From contig NMRA01000142.1 in NCBI GenBank assembly GCA_002633005.1, forward strand, positions 186,001 through 250,000: a stretch of DNA of 64,000 nt, read 5' to 3'. Below the pieces are notes generated by a model. The model saw only the letters and a program-made list of their open reading frames with translations, had not been told where the DNA came from and searched no databases. Within the stretch, counting starts at the first letter, position 1; each line of letters opens with the position of its first letter. This stretch comes from Phoronis australis (Eukaryota; Animalia; Phoronida). Of the stretch, positions 40,201-55,200 are shown one piece after another. The position numbers and the translations under genes were made by a program.

Positions 40201-43200
40201 TGTGACAATTTATCAATCTGTGCTCAATTGACCTATCGCCAGGACTTTAAGTGATGGCTTAAGTGACCAATCAAAACGTAGCATTCTTGACACACCTTTG
40301 TTTCCAAGCGCCATTTTACTTGACAAACAACACGTTGCCAGGTAAAACTTATTGTTTGTTTGTCAACATTTCACAAGGGGGCGGAGCTTGCGATAGGTCA
40401 ATAGGTAACATGCAACACCAGTCACGTAATAACTCAACGCATTTCTCAACAGGTGCAAATCAGACGGGCAGGGGTTGATTACTGGATGAAAGTCAGATAT
40501 TAACTAGGAGGACTCTAGTAACTAGTAAACACTTCAGCATCAGGCCCCATTTCATCAATTTGAAAACTTGTAGCTAAGAACACCTTAGTCACGGTTTTTA
40601 CAGACAAGCAGTTTAGTATCGATTACGAAGAGGGCCATTAGGTGAGAATAAGGTGTACGGCAGGGTTATCATTAGTTCAATGTTACGTTTCAATGACAAT
40701 CACAGAGCCATGTTAGCAATCATATCCCTACAACCTTCTTAGCTAAAATCAAGTGTATTATGATCTTTGATGAAACGGGAACCCAAGACTCTTGTGAATG
40801 ACAGTGACTATAAGGGCAATTTTTTAAAAGATGTAAATTAAGAATTTCAGTAGTGTCAGGCACCAAGGTTTGCCATCCTCCAAACCATGACAGACTGTTG
40901 GAGCACATGGGTTACTAGTTTAGACAAACATTAGACAAGCAAGACTGGAGAACACATTTCGTGGCTTTTTTTCTGATTGTCAATTGAGTTTCTGAACTAA
41001 TAACTGTGAATGCAACTAATTAAAAAAATCCTCACTCGCTGCATTCCCTAAAATAGACAACTTGAAGTGAGCCCCGAAGCGTGTCACAGCTGAATATCTC
41101 AGACTTGGATCCAGATTCATGACCAGAGAGTCTGGCAATGCGCAAACATTCTAGGAAGTAGGTATGGAAATATGTTGCCAACATTTAAGTCTTGCCAGCA
41201 CGCCATCTTTTGGTCACATCATGTGACCTATGAAGTACTTTTAATTGTCTCCATTGTGGCAATACAAATATGGCCGAGCATTGAGTCTCAACCCATTGGA
41301 CCCCCCCCCCTCTCCGCCATTGCTGGATTTGAGTCTATCGCTGGAATGGTCTGGAAGGAAGGGCAGCGTTGAGTAGAGTCAACAGGAATTCGTGCAGGGC
41401 AGAACATTAAGGGAACAGAAACCAACTGAACAGTGGAGCAATCTACCTCATGGGAGTGTCATATATCAGGTCCTTCTGCACAGGCAGCTGTAGAGCACTG
41501 ACAACAGGAAACACTACAATCAACTACAGCCATGTGACAAGAAAGATAACGACTCATTCAAGACATGATAACGACTGGAGCTGAAATGGTCCACACGTTT
41601 TTGGTTGCGGCTGATTAGTCAAAAGAGTCGATAAAGAAGAAAGCTTCTGCGTAGCAAGGTAAATCAACAGTGGACTTCATTTTTGTCATAAAAACCTGTC
41701 ATAAACATGATTCATTTGTTATACTCAGTAATTCTGGTAAATAATAAAACATGGTTAAAACAACTGAAATTACAACACTTTTACGGCACTCTGATGTAAC
41801 CATTTCGGCCCCTAATAAAACATGCAGATCTAGGTCAAACAAGCTGACAAAACTACATGGTTACGGTTAACAAAAAGCTTAGTACCGCTATTTTGTTTGC
41901 ATTACTGCCCAGCTTGTCCGCAAGTTAACCTGAATGAAACTAAAATAATTCAAAAGAAAGCAAAGACTGACTCAGAGGAAGCTTAAGTTGAAAGGAAACA
42001 ATTTTTATGGAAACCCGACATCGGGTGAGATTCCTACCTGGTAGGAGGTGGCGTCAGCGTGGAGCGCTGCCAGAACTCCTGCAGTGTGGTCGATATCCGC
42101 TTGGTGCTGCGTGTCACCATTCCATGAAGAACAACAGGGTGCTGGGGGATGTCAATGTTGACCATCCCCACGGTGACCAGCAGTGAATTGAGCTCTCGCA
42201 CCTGCTTGCGTGTCTTACGCAAGTTGGAAAAGAGGCACTCCGATTGGTCGACACTTACCGTCACCACGGTTCTAGAAAGAAATAAGTTGGCACTTTAATA
42301 CGAGCAGATCATGTTGACATAGCACTGGACACTCCTGCGGCAAGAAAACCGTCAGCTTACTTTGTGTATTGGTCAAGCAATTATTCGGCAAAATGGCCAG
42401 TGCAAATGGACACAAATGAATGAAGTCCTCTTGATAAGAAATGTTGTCAATCCTCTCCTGTTGCTATACAGCACATGTTCTTCTCTGTCGTGAATTCAGA
42501 AAAGCGGCATCTAACAATTGGAGTGTGTGATAATTCTGTTAACGATTCATTTACCAACACATATTGAGGTAAAAGGCTTCATGGATCTTTACACAATGCA
42601 GTTTGAGCAAACATAATCAACAACAGATTGAAAATAATCAACAAATACATCCACGTGTTTTCAACGAAGTCTTAGGCAGTATCACTTACTGTGTCTTATT
42701 GCGTGCAGCGCCCTCAAGTAATTTTATTGTACTACTATCCATATGAGCAGTTACTGACATTTCTTTAGATTTCCTCTTGCCAACTCCTAAGAAGAAAGTA
42801 ATTGTCATTAAAGAGGAATTTTGACAGCAGCAACAATCAAACTGGCACAGTTCATATGATTTGCCATCAATGGAAATGATGTAAATAAACGCTGTTCCTC
42901 AGTCCCATTGAAGCAAAATGGAATAACATTACCATCACATTCAAATAATTTATTATGTTAGCCTGTAAGAAAGGGGAAGAGGTTAGCATTGAACCATACA
43001 TGATTGTCAATACCTAAGACAACGAAACAGACTATGACTGAACACAAATGGGAATTAGTCAAACTTTCAATTTCTCTAGCAAGCAATCACCTTGAGTTTG
43101 TACTAGGTGTGCACTGAGTGACAGGTACTTGCTGACTGGTGGTACAGACTTTTACTGACAGTAAACCAAGAGTTCCAAATAATGGAGCACTGACACAAAT

Positions 43201-46200
43201 TTGATTGAGAAAACCATGTAGTTGCGGGCATAAAGTCAAATTTTTTCGGGTAAAAACTGGGCAGCTTCCAACATGCTGGTGTGCGCTATGAACTTTGGGC
43301 CATATTGAATGGCAAACATATGACATTTCAAATTTAAAGTCTGCTAATACTTCATTTTTTCTGGAAAGATGGGGAGTGTAACAAAGAAGCATCACAAATG
43401 TCACAGAAACTGACTAAACAACACCAGAAGTATAAATTAAAAGTTTGTACGCCACCAATCTAAAAGTGATGACGCATACAAGGTCCTCATCTTGCGCAAA
43501 CATACGTAGATTTAGGGGAGGCAAGTTGCCCCCATACAGAAACGATAAAAATTTGTGCCCGCATGACATTTTTGGGTGGTACGAACATTTGTTCTTCAAA
43601 AACTCTGGTTGAACCCCACTGCAACATCCTAGATCGGACGTGTGTCCACAAAACCATTACACAATAAGGTGCCGGTAAGTGAAGCATAAGAGATTGATTA
43701 CCTTTGCTTTTTTCTTTCATTGACATACTACCCTGAATGTTCTTGACTTCTGACTCCAAGATCAAGCCACTAAGAGAGGCTACTATCTTGGTGGTGTTGA
43801 TTTTAGCCATGCCAAATATCACTAAAGGAGTCGACTCTCCGATGTAAATGCCTAAAAATGAAATTGTCATAAAAGAGCTTTTCGACGGTTTACACGGAAC
43901 TGTTCACAACACATTTATTAAAGACTTAAATATTGTTAAACACAAAAACTACGACCTAAAGTGAATCGATATCAAACAAATCAAGAAGTTTCTATTGATT
44001 TTAGGATTACGTTCATACACTCATACCTCAAGTGTTAATGAAAAACACAAGATCCACATTTTTTGAAAACTGACTTCAAGACGTGTCATCATAAGAATAT
44101 ACGAGACTGACACAGCATATTCGAAAAGAAACAAAAAAAATCTCTCTGTTTATCTTTTCCTAATACCATACTTAGCTGCCTACCAAGTCAACAACTAATG
44201 CGTGCACTTACTGTGTCGGAACGTCCCATGCTGAACGTTTTTACCACCCGGCTGCGAAGGGCCTTCCCCTGAATCCCGTTTAGCTTGTCCCTCTTCAGCC
44301 ATCTTGAACGACTGTCGTGGACTGTGCTTAAGGTCGTCCTCATGCTCCTCACCAATAATTGGCAGCCTACGTAGGCTAGCGTACTGAGTCAACATTCTCG
44401 GCTCCGTCTGACGAGGGTACAACTCCAGGAGGTGGTAAAGGGTTCGCCAACACTTGGGCGTATTCTCACGGATCTCATCCACGATAGTCTTCTGGTCAGC
44501 CATTGGTGATGTTGGCGTCGGTGACTCGTGATGGAGCACAGTCATGTCATCAAAGCTGCGACTGGCAAAGAAGTCAAAAGTCGTGGTTGTCTTGCGACCA
44601 GGGGACATCAGCAGTTTGTTTGGACGACGAGAAGATGTGCGACTTGACTTCAGCCGTGGACTGGGATAAGAAATGGAGGCATCCATCTTGCTATAAGTCT
44701 CTGGAGACATTGGCTGACCACGTGCCAAGTCCATCTGCTTGAAGCTGTGAGTGTCAGTGCTCGAAGAAGAATCATGCTTCCTGTGCGTGCGGAAAAAGTC
44801 TTCGCTGTGAGCTGGACGAGCCTGTTTCAGAACATCGTGTGTCTCGCTAATATTCATCACAACACGAACCATCTGATTGACTAGACGAAGCAGAGGCATG
44901 TTCACAAACTGAGTGAGCGAGGAGACGTCAATGCCAAAGTAGATCTGAGTCGTCACTGGTTTACGTTCCAGCATATCCATAAGCCGTCGGTTGCGTTTGG
45001 AATAGTTTCTGTCGAAAGAGTTGGTGGACGAATCTTTATCGAAGTCGACTATATCCTTGACGGCTAAACTAACACTGAAATCCTTACACACAAAGGTTGG
45101 AATTTCCTTCTTCTGGTCTAGGTAGTTTGAAATTTTCCTTTTGATGTTTCTGCCCTTTGCTCTGCCCTTTGATGACTTCTCCGCGGAGTCAATGATTTCA
45201 ATTCTGAGAGTGTGCAGTTCACCCTTGATGGCGACGTTACCACCAAGTTTCTGAATGAACGATGATGGGTTGATGCCATCGGGGTGAATGCCCAACTTGT
45301 TCAGCATCGGCTTGAACAGAATGTGTGCATCGGGAAGCACGGGGGCGTACATGGCTACCGTCTTCACGTCTCTGCTTACGTTGTCTTGTGTCAGTTCACT
45401 GATCATTGTGTTCAGCGGAGGCATATGTTGTGTCGAATGATAGAAGTTGCGGAAACGTTGGTCTCGTTGTTCCTGTTGACGAGCCATCCAACGATACAAG
45501 TCTTCGTCTTCATCTTGCTTCTTATCCAGCTCCGCAAGGATTTTCGACACACCTTTAGCAGGTGTTTCGAGCGGCGACACATAATTAGCATCGACCACAT
45601 CCTCTGCCACGGACTTAGTTTCCTCATCCTCCTGTTGAGGCTGGAGGTTGTGAGCCCCTCCTGACTTGTGCTGGCTCCTGGTGGCAATATCAACCTCAGG
45701 AAGTAGTGGCGCATGAAGTGGTGACTGGCTCTTGGACAATGATTCGCGTTTTTCGGGGAAACTTTCATCATTCAATACAACCATTGGAATAGCACCTTGC
45801 AAGCTCTCTTGAAGACTACGCAGGCTTCTGGACAGGTGCTTCAACGGACTTGTAACAGATTCAGCAACACTCTCACGAACAGCACCTTCCATTGCCACAC
45901 GAGCTTCTTCTGGTTCATACTTGACACTTTCAGCATCTACATTTTCCTCATCATCATCTATTTCGTACGACACAATTTTGGGTATGAAATTTTTAGTTAA
46001 GAACCCTTCCTCTGCCAGTAATGGCATGTACAACTGATTCTTCCATTGTCGCACTGCAGCCAAAATCCCCTTCTGTACTGTAATGTGCTGGGGAACTGTA
46101 TCCGAGGAGACGAATGTTTCCACGGTAACGACGCCAACATGCTGTACATAGCGCCTCATGACAGTAAACAGTTGACAGGAGGGGTCCTCCTGGAGGGTCT

Positions 46201-49200
46201 TGGACAGAAGCGTGAGTTTGTTATATTTCTTCTACAAACAAAACACAATACGAAAAGTGTCAATTGGACAAGTCATACATTATCTTTTGCTATAAAGACA
46301 CATTTTTGAGAAATACTAAATAACTCCAGAAAAATTTGACTGGCCTTCATTTACTGCACAACAAACACAGAATGATGTAATCATAATTTGCTGAAAAATT
46401 CACATTTGGAGTGAGAAAATCCCAATCCGAGTCAGAAAATATTTTCAAACTTCGGCGAATGGCAACATCACATTCTCAAAAATTCCAAATTTTATTTTTT
46501 ACCTTTGGAGGCATCTGAATGCTCGGCATGTCAAGAGCGTCTGTCATCATACAAGCGAGAACAGCACAAAGTCGACGATTTCTGGCCTCAGAGAGACACG
46601 TGAACTCCTGCGACAGTCTGTCGGCAGTGTTCAGCCAGGCATTAATGGCTGGAGTAGCCGTGCTAAGCAGGTTCCAGTCCAATCTGAAGCGACAAAACAG
46701 CAGTCAAGTCAAGCAACGATATATGAATCAGAATGGTAACTCAGCCTTGAACAACTCAGTTTTGGTATTTTAATAATATTTAGCATAGTTCCTTTCATTC
46801 AGTACGTGTGTACCGACGTCATTACGAGCCTTGAGTGGTTTAAGCGGCAATTACACAAAAGAGAATCATTGCATGACCGCGAAATAAATAATCACCTTGT
46901 GAAATCCAGCTTCTTATTATGCTTCGGAGGCGGGGGCGCTGCAAAGTTGAACCAGACGGTACTGATTTCCACTACGGCGTTAGATCCATTCCTTTCTAGC
47001 TTAGAGTCAGCACCATCTGCCAGCAGTGAACTCTCATCCTCAGAAGAGTGAAATGAGATTCTCGATGGTGCCCATGATGACCGTTGGCTGTCCTCGCCTA
47101 CACTGGGCGTTTTGGAGACACGTTTACCACCAGATGCACCAGCACCCGCTGCGTCTAATTCTGGTTTCACGGAGTCCTGACGCAGTAACTTTGTTGGCAG
47201 CCTAGGGCTTACCGGTTTGATCACTGAAATCTCAGCTTCATTTCTCGATGGCTCTCGGCTGATAAAAAACTTCTGCTTAAACGAGGGAGTAGTCGGCTTG
47301 GCGGGTGTAGGTGGCTTTTCTTCGTCGATTACATCATAAGTCATCATTTGCTCTTCAAACTCTTTCTGCTGTTCTTGCAGCCGCTGCAGACGCTCTGCCA
47401 TTTCCTGGAAGCCACTGCGCTTGGCGACTTTAAAGTCAATGGTTTCAATCCCCATTTCAAACATAATTAAGTTTCCCTGGCAGGTATTGCCATCACGTTT
47501 AGCATACCCACTGGCTTTTACACCACTCTCCCTATAATGCGTGGAGCTGGACCGGCATCCACTACTTCTACCGCCACCTGTAGTATTAGACATCACTGGA
47601 AACATGAAGTACTCTTCATTTGGTTCTGGCTCAAAGAAGAACAGCACCTTTGACTGGTTGCTGGGGATGGCCGTGAGTATGACATCATTGCCAATACTTC
47701 CATGTTTTTGCAGCCGCTGCAGTTGACAATGGATTCGAGCTATGTGCAGGTTGCCGATGACTTCCTCAGTGTGAAGCTCTGTGTCTTCATCATAATCAGT
47801 TGAAATCCCTCGCTGCATTGACTTCTTCTTTTTGCGGCTAGGAATTTTCCCCGAGAAGAGGACAGAAAGCTTCTTCTTGGGTGTCTGCCTTTCAGTATCC
47901 TTTCTGGACTGCGTTGGCAAATCCAGGATCTTCTTGGACTGATTGTTGGCTAGATACTGACAGGAGATGTTTTCAAAACACACGGCCAGGACAGAGACAC
48001 AGGTGAGCTCTCGTGGACTCGCCAGTGCAGAAAAGCTGATAGTCTCTTCAACTATGGAGGCTTGTAAGAAGGCGACGTTGATCTGAAAAGAACCAAGCAT
48101 GGCATTTGTGAGATTCCCAATGTGGTTTCATTGTGCTGTGATCAGGAGGAGGAAATGATGCCACGCCCGTACCTCTAAATTTGAGTTTCAAATCCATTAA
48201 CTCCAGTCCTCGAGCAGCAAACACCAAATTCGCAGGACAAATTCCATACCTACGTCTCCCTAAACTCTACACACATACCCAAAATATTCCATTTCCGGAA
48301 ACCAAACTCCATACACGGAGATCATACTCAAGACTAAGATGCCTAAGTAACATTTGGAGGTGCGGGAATGGAGTTTGTGTCAAACAATTTGTCCTGATGG
48401 TCAGGGACTGGAGTTTAGGGGATTTGAGTGGCCATGGACTTTTTTCCACCATTTTGCTATAATTGTCAACTTGCGTGATGACAAACCTGGCATAAGTTGG
48501 ATATGCACAAGTCAGATTTTCACTCAACTCAGACAAAGTGCCACCGCATACTTATTCGAGTTCCTAAAACTCCACCCTTCATATATTAAATCAGATTTCG
48601 TATTCCTCAAATTAAATCTCTCAATCTGGTTTGATGCGACATACGCAAGTTTTTACTGTACATGAAAACGATTCACAAAATAAATTCAGAAAGGACAAAT
48701 GTCTCACGATTTCCCAAGTGATTTCATTATAAGACACTTCAGTGATGTCCCCAAATCAACAAATTTGGTCCAGGTTAAGAACATAAGACTCAAATACATG
48801 CTGGGACATTATTGCCAGCCACAAACACTAGATGTAACCATATTCAGTTCGAGTAAACATAAAAATTCATAGACACTCTTAATAAATTTCAAGTGCTTAG
48901 TGCCTCCCTTGCGCTCTAATGGTGGGCCATGATCAGCCTCCATGTTCCTGGTGGTAAATGACAACAATAACTACTAGACAATATACTATTTTCTTAACTT
49001 AAGTTACGAAAAGTTGTTAACTAATCTTGCAATGAGCACAGATACCTGATTCAAAGACCTTATTAACGCTCAATAATTAATACCTCTTTGAGTGAAAATA
49101 GCACTTGAAACCTTGACGACTTCCATCGCTCTTTCTCTTTTGGTTTACATGAACCTGTAGGAATTGAAGCATTCAACTAATGAAACAGTCATCAATACTT

Positions 49201-52200
49201 AAAACTACACTTTAAAAAAGGATTTTGACTATGAACTGTAAATTAACATTGACTTCACACGAACAAAAATAGTTGTTTGTAGAGCTTCGCCAGTCCTCAA
49301 AACTTTGATTCAAATCCAACAATTCCTTAAAAAATGTGACGTCGCAAGCAACAGTGCTGGTTGCGGCTTTTGAAAAAGATCACAGATCTTGAGCACAGAG
49401 AATATAATAACAGAATTGGCAGTCCATGCACTGCACTACAGCCTATGGTCTGATGAATAGTGACAGTCAAAACTTGAGCGCGTACCGCTAAGAGGCATAG
49501 TCACGTTGGCTTCGTCGCGCTGTGCTGCCTTTTTCAGTCTGTTCTGTGACTGTACAACGTCAGAGCAACAGATGTGAAGAGTGTCCAGCACTGCAGATGG
49601 GTGCACCTTACTCAGGCTGGGGGTTAACGCTTCAACATACCTGATGAAGCAATGTTTCACGTCAATAAAATACAATTTTCACAACACGAACTGACAGTCA
49701 TGCTTGACGAGATCAACAAGAACTACAGCTTGAAGAGATGGAACGCAACTTATTTTTAAAGGTGATGTAAGACTTTATCAGGAAGTCTGTGTATTCAGTC
49801 AAATATCTACAAATTAAAAGCATGAATTTAATTCAGTAAAAGCCTATTGTGAATGCAAAAGCCTATTGTGAATGCAAAAGCCTATTGTGAATGCAAAAGC
49901 CTATTGTGAATGCAGGAAGAAAGTAGAATTTGTTTTTGAGTTTAATTATAGCAAACTGCAATTAATTGGGTCACATGACCATTTGCCAATTTGACTTACT
50001 TTAAAAGGGAAGTCTTTATCAAGTACTTCACAATTGAAAAATATTCATTTTACAATAATCTAAAATTCGATACTTTAGTAACAGTACTTTTATTTCGAGG
50101 CAGTTTATTTCTTCTGAGTTGTAAATGACCCCCAGCACAAGTGTGCACATGCATAAGTATGTATGCGGGTATGAATGTTTTCTGGTCTTTTCATTTTCAG
50201 AAGTTTGTAAAAAGTATTATTTTGATAAAAAGTCAACAATAAGCAAGAGTGATAAAAGTGTTCATGACAATGACTATCGTCACAGTCTTGTGTAATTGCT
50301 TAGTACCTTGTTGCTGACTCAATAGAAAGAGGTGATACAAGGATATCCACTGATCCAGTCAGCTTGATGACTGCAGTTGTCTTGGACGTCTTGTCTTCAA
50401 CTTTAAATGCAGTGTCAGAATCTGAAGAAGTGATCGCAAAATTTGCGTAAAGTTAGCCTTAAAGCCATCAAATGAATGTAAAATCTCAATTGAACAGAAG
50501 AGTGAAAATGGATTCAAAAGCGAATGAAACAACTTCCACAAATTTTAAAATCACCACATATGTAAACAATGACATGTGCGCTGATTTTAAAGTTCGTACT
50601 CGTATTTTGACCAAAAACAAATGTGACCAAGCTCTAGCAATTCACATGCCTGAGTAAACAAATGTCATAAACCTGAGAGCAAAAGGTATTTTGAAGGTAT
50701 TTTGCTGAATCAAGAGGATAGCATAGTGAATTAAACATAAGAAAAACCTTGGGATGTTGAGTTGTTGTCCAGGTTGCTTGTGTTCTCATTAGCTGCAGCC
50801 GAATCTACTTTATCTTTCATCGACGTCTTATGTGCCATGAGTTTGGTGCTGAATCCCTGTCGCGTTGTTACAAACTGCGGAACGTACGAAGTTAACAACG
50901 TTTTTGGCCACTGTGGCGTTTCGTCATCCATGAATAGGAATGGAGCAGGTGGTGGTTTTAACCAGTTGTCGCACTTGACGTGAGACAAATGATTCAAATA
51001 ACATGACATCAGGAGAGGAGACTTAGTGATTGGCTGATTGAACTGGCCATGGAGGTCGATCATGGCGATTTGATCGAGGTCAGAGTTCGCAGAGCAGAAT
51101 GATGCGTTTGAGTTGGCCGTGGAAGTAGAGCTATCCGAGTCCGTGTCCGGTGCAGCAGGAATGACTGTAGGTGGCGTCTTACCGATCGGCGATTCCTCGT
51201 TCAAGTACTGAGAATCAACAAGAGCCTGTGTAGGTGTTTTGTTGCCATCACCATCGAAAACCCCATCTTGCAAGCTTATGAATGAACCGTGGTCCGACTC
51301 ACTCATTTCCTCATCAGCCGAGTAGTACATTTCGCTTCCTGTGAGAGAGTTGACAGAACTGAGGTGACGGAACGACCTCTGGGACTCTGGTGATGCTACG
51401 ACAGAATGGCGATGCAGGGCAGGACTTTGTGGCAGGGAGGATTTAGACCCAGACTGAGATGACAGCTGTCTGGAGATTTGATGCTTGACTGTGGAAATGG
51501 GTTCGGAACCTGTCTCAGTAGACGGCTGATCACTGGAATAAGCGCCGTCGCTCAGTGAGCGACTGTGGCGATTGCTAGAGCATGGATCCACAGGTGTTTC
51601 CCTTTGCGGGTGACTCATCTGGTCACCAGACTCTGGGCTCGACTGTGAACTAGCATAACGGTCAGTGTCATAAGCATCAGGCATGGAATCATTGGGCATG
51701 AACTCATCATTGTCACTGACAACAACATTCGCAGGAGGATGGCTCATTTCAGAGAGTGGCCTTGCCTTTAATGTACTTTCTGACCCAAATTGGTTAAAAA
51801 GACCGAATTCTTCCCCAGCAACCTCAGATGCATTTTTGGCCTCTGCCAGTGTCAAGTCTGAAATATGAAAATCGTCTTTCTCAGGAATTGCAATCACCAC
51901 ATCATCTCTCATGGTGAGATCCTCCGTTACTGTAGATTTTGTCTCGTTGGCACCAGATGTTGTCGACCATTGCCTGTTTTGAAACTTGGCTGTGTGAACA
52001 CTTATGTGATCACATATCATCCTATTTGGATGCAGCAAACTTTGGCCATAGCCAAGGTCTGTCCCTTGGGGATTGAGCTGCGGGACAGCCCTGACCCGAG
52101 ATACGGGCAGGTTGAAGAAATTGATCCCGTTGGCATTGGTCCCAAAGAATGTACAGCCTCCCAGACAACCACATTTGTCAGCCACGCCTGAAACAAAAAA

Positions 52201-55200
52201 GGGGATGTCAATAGAATTTTCAGGGAGATGTTATGTTTTCGTCGTTAATAACTAATTAAAGTTATTTCATAAAATTGTTTGAAGTCATGATAACAGAAAA
52301 TTTATTCAGAAAAATTGAGACAACCTGAAATCACAGTACAGCCAACCAACATTAAGGAATGAACTGAATTATGGACAGTGAATTTCAATACATAAACTCA
52401 GAATGTTGCTAGGTAGTTAACAACAAAGACTATCCTGTCAACTAACAGACAGTGCATACTCACCTGAATTAATTAACAAAACATCCATCGGCCACAAGAA
52501 CCAAAGCCGTCTAGTCAAGTTGTCATGTTTTTTCAAAAACAATTCCTGAATCTCTTGATACTCAGGAGTGGGCAGGGCAATAGCAGCATCCACATTCAGG
52601 GGCCCTAAAGACAACCCTCCTGCCTCTACCCATGGATTGGATGTCTCAGAATTGGTTGATATGCTACTCTGAATGAATTGGCGTAGCATGATCTTATCAA
52701 TCAATGCCGTGACACCTGCTTTGTTGTCGTTGCCATGGAGATTACACGTTGCCAAGTGAACTGGCTTGACCTGAAAGCATCAGATTTAGCAAGATCTTAA
52801 CATAAATCAAAAAATTACACAGGGCTTACAAAGGATTACCATTGGAAACCATAAGATTAAAATTCACACAGTTAATTTGCAATATTCCATCAGTAAATTT
52901 TGCTGTCGTGCGAAGTTACAATCTTCTTGAACAGTATTAGTCCGGGAACAAAATTTATAGTCACCAACTAACAAAGCATGGTTTAAACTCAGAAGACAGG
53001 TGTTTTAGGTAAAAACAAAATGAAATTGAAATTAAATTTCGAACTATGACACGCAATGCCACCCACCAGAAGATTTAACGCACTTCCTTCTTCGACCACG
53101 TATACATCAACGAGATCCACAGACACCCTAGTCAGTCTGTATTTTATTTCCTCAGTGGTCGGACACGGAAATGGATAAACAGCTAGATCGATGCAGTCTG
53201 CCTGCGGTCGGCCATGTTGGCAAAATTTATACGGAAGAGGATGTTGTAGTTCGTTCTCTGTGTCCTCTACTTGGAACACAAAGGTGCGCAATGCTTCAAC
53301 GATTTGCTGGAGCTGAGGTGCTGTCAGTCGGCCAGTGATGTCACCTATAGTGGCCTCGATCAGCCAGGCGTACTCCAGTGTGTCCTTGTCCAGGGGAATA
53401 CCCACATTTGAGAACATGGCATGGCCACGAACTTGTAGGGAGCTGAGCGCCAAATGACCGTTTATGGAATCTGACCTCTAGAAGATTAAAAAGGGATGGG
53501 GAATACATGGACTGAACGTCAACACGTAAGAAAATCAAGGCCAAGAGAGAGCCCATGAAATCTAACTTCAGGAAGTTCAGAATGTTATAAATTGACTAAA
53601 GGAATGGTGAATGTTTGAAAACAAAAGACAACCATAGCCATAAAACTTAATAAACGAATGTCAAATCTGTTCTCTCTGAAATGGAAGCGCATGAAGATAA
53701 GGAAAAGGGCATTATGATGGAACTACCGTGAATTTCCGGAAATAGGCCCATGGGCAGATATTCAGAAAACGACCTTTCAAAAACATCAAATGAAACTGAA
53801 TATACACCGTCCCGTAGGAATTTTCAGGAAGAGGAGGGTGCATTTTTGGAAACTGTGTCAATCACTTTGTTTTGCAGTTTTAAAGTTAATTATTCATTTA
53901 AGATTGTTTTCAAATTACATATGTTACCAACAAAGTCACCTGTTAAATGACAGTCATTTGAGTGAAATCGCAATATCTAAATACAATATCTTGCCATAAT
54001 AAACAAAATTTAACACCAAAACATATACTTTACATACTTAAGAACAATTTATCAGATTTTCAAAATATGCAAACAGTTTCCTAAAATACAACCATATGCG
54101 TAGTTTTTGGTGGGTCTATTTTCGGAAATTCGTAGTAGTTGTGAGTTGGTGGAAGTAAGCATCCAACAGTATCAAATATCACCACTAAAGGGTAGGCTGA
54201 ATTCAAGAACAACGACCTTATGTTAAAAGCTTGTCTCCTCTTTGAAGATAATATCAAACATTACAACAAATTATTTCAAAGTAATAACAATAAGAACGCA
54301 GTACATATGAAACCAGCAAGTCAAAAAAATTGATCGTACTACTGACCCAGTCAGTAACAAGATAATTATCAGTAAAATATTTTAATATACCTGCACATTA
54401 TCCTTCGCCACGACAATGATTGGCGCCACCAGAACTTGCAACTTTGTTTCTCTATACTTTTTGTCCAGTTCGAAACCAATCTGGTCGACAAATATACTGG
54501 GACAAGGAGGATCATTTGGACTGCAATGCTACAAAATAGACGGCAATGGTTCAAGAAAAAAAAGACCACGTCTCAACACAGCTGAAATATCCACAACGAT
54601 AATGACAAGCAGAATTAATAGCTTTCATTTTGACCTTTCACCCACACACATGTCAAACAATTGCCAAACTTGATCGCACAAAGCTCCCAATACACACACG
54701 TTCCTCGAAAACACCAGTTAGAAGAAAAGAAGCATAATTTTAGCCACAACTACCAGAATTGGTTGGATAAAATATGCAAAGTCATGATTACATAACACTT
54801 AAACGGTGTGATTTGAAATCGTGCATTACTTTGTTTTTTCGAGATAATTTAATAGCTTTCTAGAGCTATGGAGACTGAGGACTAAGTATAACATCGAATT
54901 CAAACTGCATACCTTGAAGATATTGTTCCTTATTAAGACCCCAAGCAACCTTACTGAAGGAGCGTGTTCTGAGAAGTGCTGCTGATTTAAATCACTACAC
55001 ATTGACAACTGATTAGATTTTTACTGTTAATTACCCGAATAAGATGCCCTTGAATATCACGAAGAGAAATGGACAGGGTCAATGCCATTGGTCGATATTT
55101 CCTCGGATCAAATGGACCATCTTCTAAAACACTTTCTGGTATTAGAGTTTTGTTCAGGAATGACTTCTCGAGTGATGAAGGCGAACTTTCAACGTCTATA

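Noticed and set aside
44195-52185. Long ORFs of 654, 402 and 484 aa as separate genes
   Set aside because: They are large internal exons (21, 19, 15) of BLTP1 with phase-compatible splice sites.
54913-54981. In-frame exon-like segment (HFSEHAPSVRLLGVLIRNNIFK|gtatgc) faintly resembling the end of exon 10
   Set aside because: Exons 11 and 12 already join colinearly with the known protein, the upstream intron would be only ~53 nt, and the pyrimidine tract is weak.
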